Shown piece by piece: positions 63,707 through 64,000 of a stretch of 64,000 nucleotides of DNA; the first letter of the stretch is position 1, and every line of letters begins with the position of its first letter. The notes below the pieces were generated by a model. The model saw nothing but the letters and a program-made list of their open reading frames with translations. It was not told the DNA's origin and did no database searches. The position numbers and the translations under genes are program-made. This DNA is from Felis catus (Eukaryota): positions 234,362,001 through 234,426,000 of the forward strand of contig NC_058368.1 in assembly GCF_018350175.1 (NCBI RefSeq). Direction: 5' to 3'.

Positions 63707-64000
63707 AGCATATGCCACATTTAAAAGTGAGGCTAGGGCCTGGCTCTCCCCAAGGGGCCACCAGCAGAACAGAACAGGAGAAAGGATGAGTCGATGTAGG
63801 GGAGATTCTTTGGGGATCACAATCAGGGGTTAACAACAGAATCGAGGTCCTGCAAGGTCACAGATCTGGCTGGGCACAGACCTTGGGGGAGGGTGTTAGG
63901 ATGACGAGGGCCTTGTGGGCATCTGAAAGTCTGCCCTCCGGGGGCCATCCAGCTCTCTCCCTCTGCCTCAGGGTAAAGGTGGTCACTGGGGCCTCGGTGG

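Noticed and set aside
56509..64000. SRD5A1 exon 1 or promoter, NSUN2 or TENT4A exons
   Set aside because: No matching peptide (e.g. the YGR..AW..QELP motif of exon 1) was found here or elsewhere in the window; they presumably lie outside it.

Overview
Mammalian, repeat-rich genomic DNA from a felid carnivore, judged from about 30 tRNA-derived Can-SINEs (several of the young cat type) and a felid-type L1 3' end. The only host gene I can support is SRD5A1 (steroid 5-alpha-reductase 1) on the minus strand. Coding exons 2-5 (167, 102, 151 and 67 coding nt, all GT-AG) lie at 56508-44837; exon 1 is beyond the right edge. A decayed two-LTR class I (gamma-like) endogenous retrovirus occupies about 6728-14640. 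It has a tRNA-Lys-like PBS, gag-pro-RT-RNaseH, a deleted integrase core and a broken env. It sits inside an MLT1 LTR and was later hit by three SINEs and an L1. The most unusual signals are a near full-length Cheshire-like hAT transposon fossil in SRD5A1 intron 1 whose 5' half has become CpG-island-like, and a candidate 78-nt in-frame cryptic exon behind a ~370-nt pyrimidine tract in intron 4. I find no evidence for a novel multi-gene system. Most ORFs in the track are artefacts of repeats or GC-rich DNA. Repeat family names come from recalled consensus sequences, not a database search, and repeat boundaries are approximate.
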